Positions 63,993 through 64,000 of a DNA stretch of 64,000 bases are shown one piece after another. The position numbers were made by a program, and so were the translations under genes. The DNA lies in the IMG/VR virus record IMGVR_UViG_3300011113_000747, positions 96,001 through 160,000 of that record. One strand, given 5' to 3'. The notes under the pieces are model-generated. The model ran no database searches. It was not told where the DNA came from and saw nothing but the letters and a program-made list of their open reading frames with translations. Position 1 is the first letter of the stretch. The number at the start of each line of letters is the position of its first letter. Origin of the DNA: a virus.

Positions 63993-64000
63993 AATATGAT

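Noticed and set aside
1-64000. CRISPR array or mini-array associated with the Cas4-like nuclease
   Set aside because: No regularly spaced direct repeats with unique spacers were seen; intergenic gaps are almost all under 110 bp and are filled by promoters, terminators or micro-ORFs
1-64000. Stop-codon reassignment as in some large phages
   Set aside because: Conserved genes are intact in the standard code; TAA, TAG and TGA all end genes at expected positions; coding density is near complete
1-64000. tRNA, rRNA or structured ncRNA genes
   Set aside because: No cloverleaf or T-loop pattern in an intergenic context; no gap large enough was left unexplained

Overview
64 kb of a large, AT-rich, T4-like (contractile-tailed) dsDNA phage genome in the standard genetic code; no tRNA, rRNA, CRISPR array or integrase seen. 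1-47.6 kb is mostly morphogenesis: large terminase, a probable small terminase 13 kb away, gp14/gp3/gp18/gp19/gp54/gp26/tape measure/gp48/gp53/hub/gp25/gp6-like genes, and at least five mosaic fibre/adhesin genes. Interspersed are a dUTPase/clamp-loader island, a cassette of probable head-internal proteins, a holin plus overlapping spanin-like pair, and an Fe/Mn superoxide dismutase. 47.7-64 kb is accessory: a dTDP-sugar pathway (RmlA, RmlB and a UER1/NRS-ER-type epimerase-reductase), RadA-like ATPase, amidase endolysin, PseT-like kinase/phosphatase, GIY-YIG and HNH nucleases, nucleotidyltransferase, phosphatases and many small ORFs. Most notable patterns: (1) apparently leaderless expression, with a late TAAATA box or a sigma70 TATAAT box 5-7 nt before most operon-first start codons and no Shine-Dalgarno pattern; (2) an AGGAAA-N5-TATAAT promoter class; (3) T4-like capsid-targeting/cleavage peptides on a set of late proteins, including the SOD, which may be virion cargo; (4) a three-enzyme rhamnose pathway using a plant/giant-virus-type bifunctional enzyme; (5) a GH75 chitosanase-like domain in a tail-module protein. 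All family calls are from motif recognition by eye; no searches were run.
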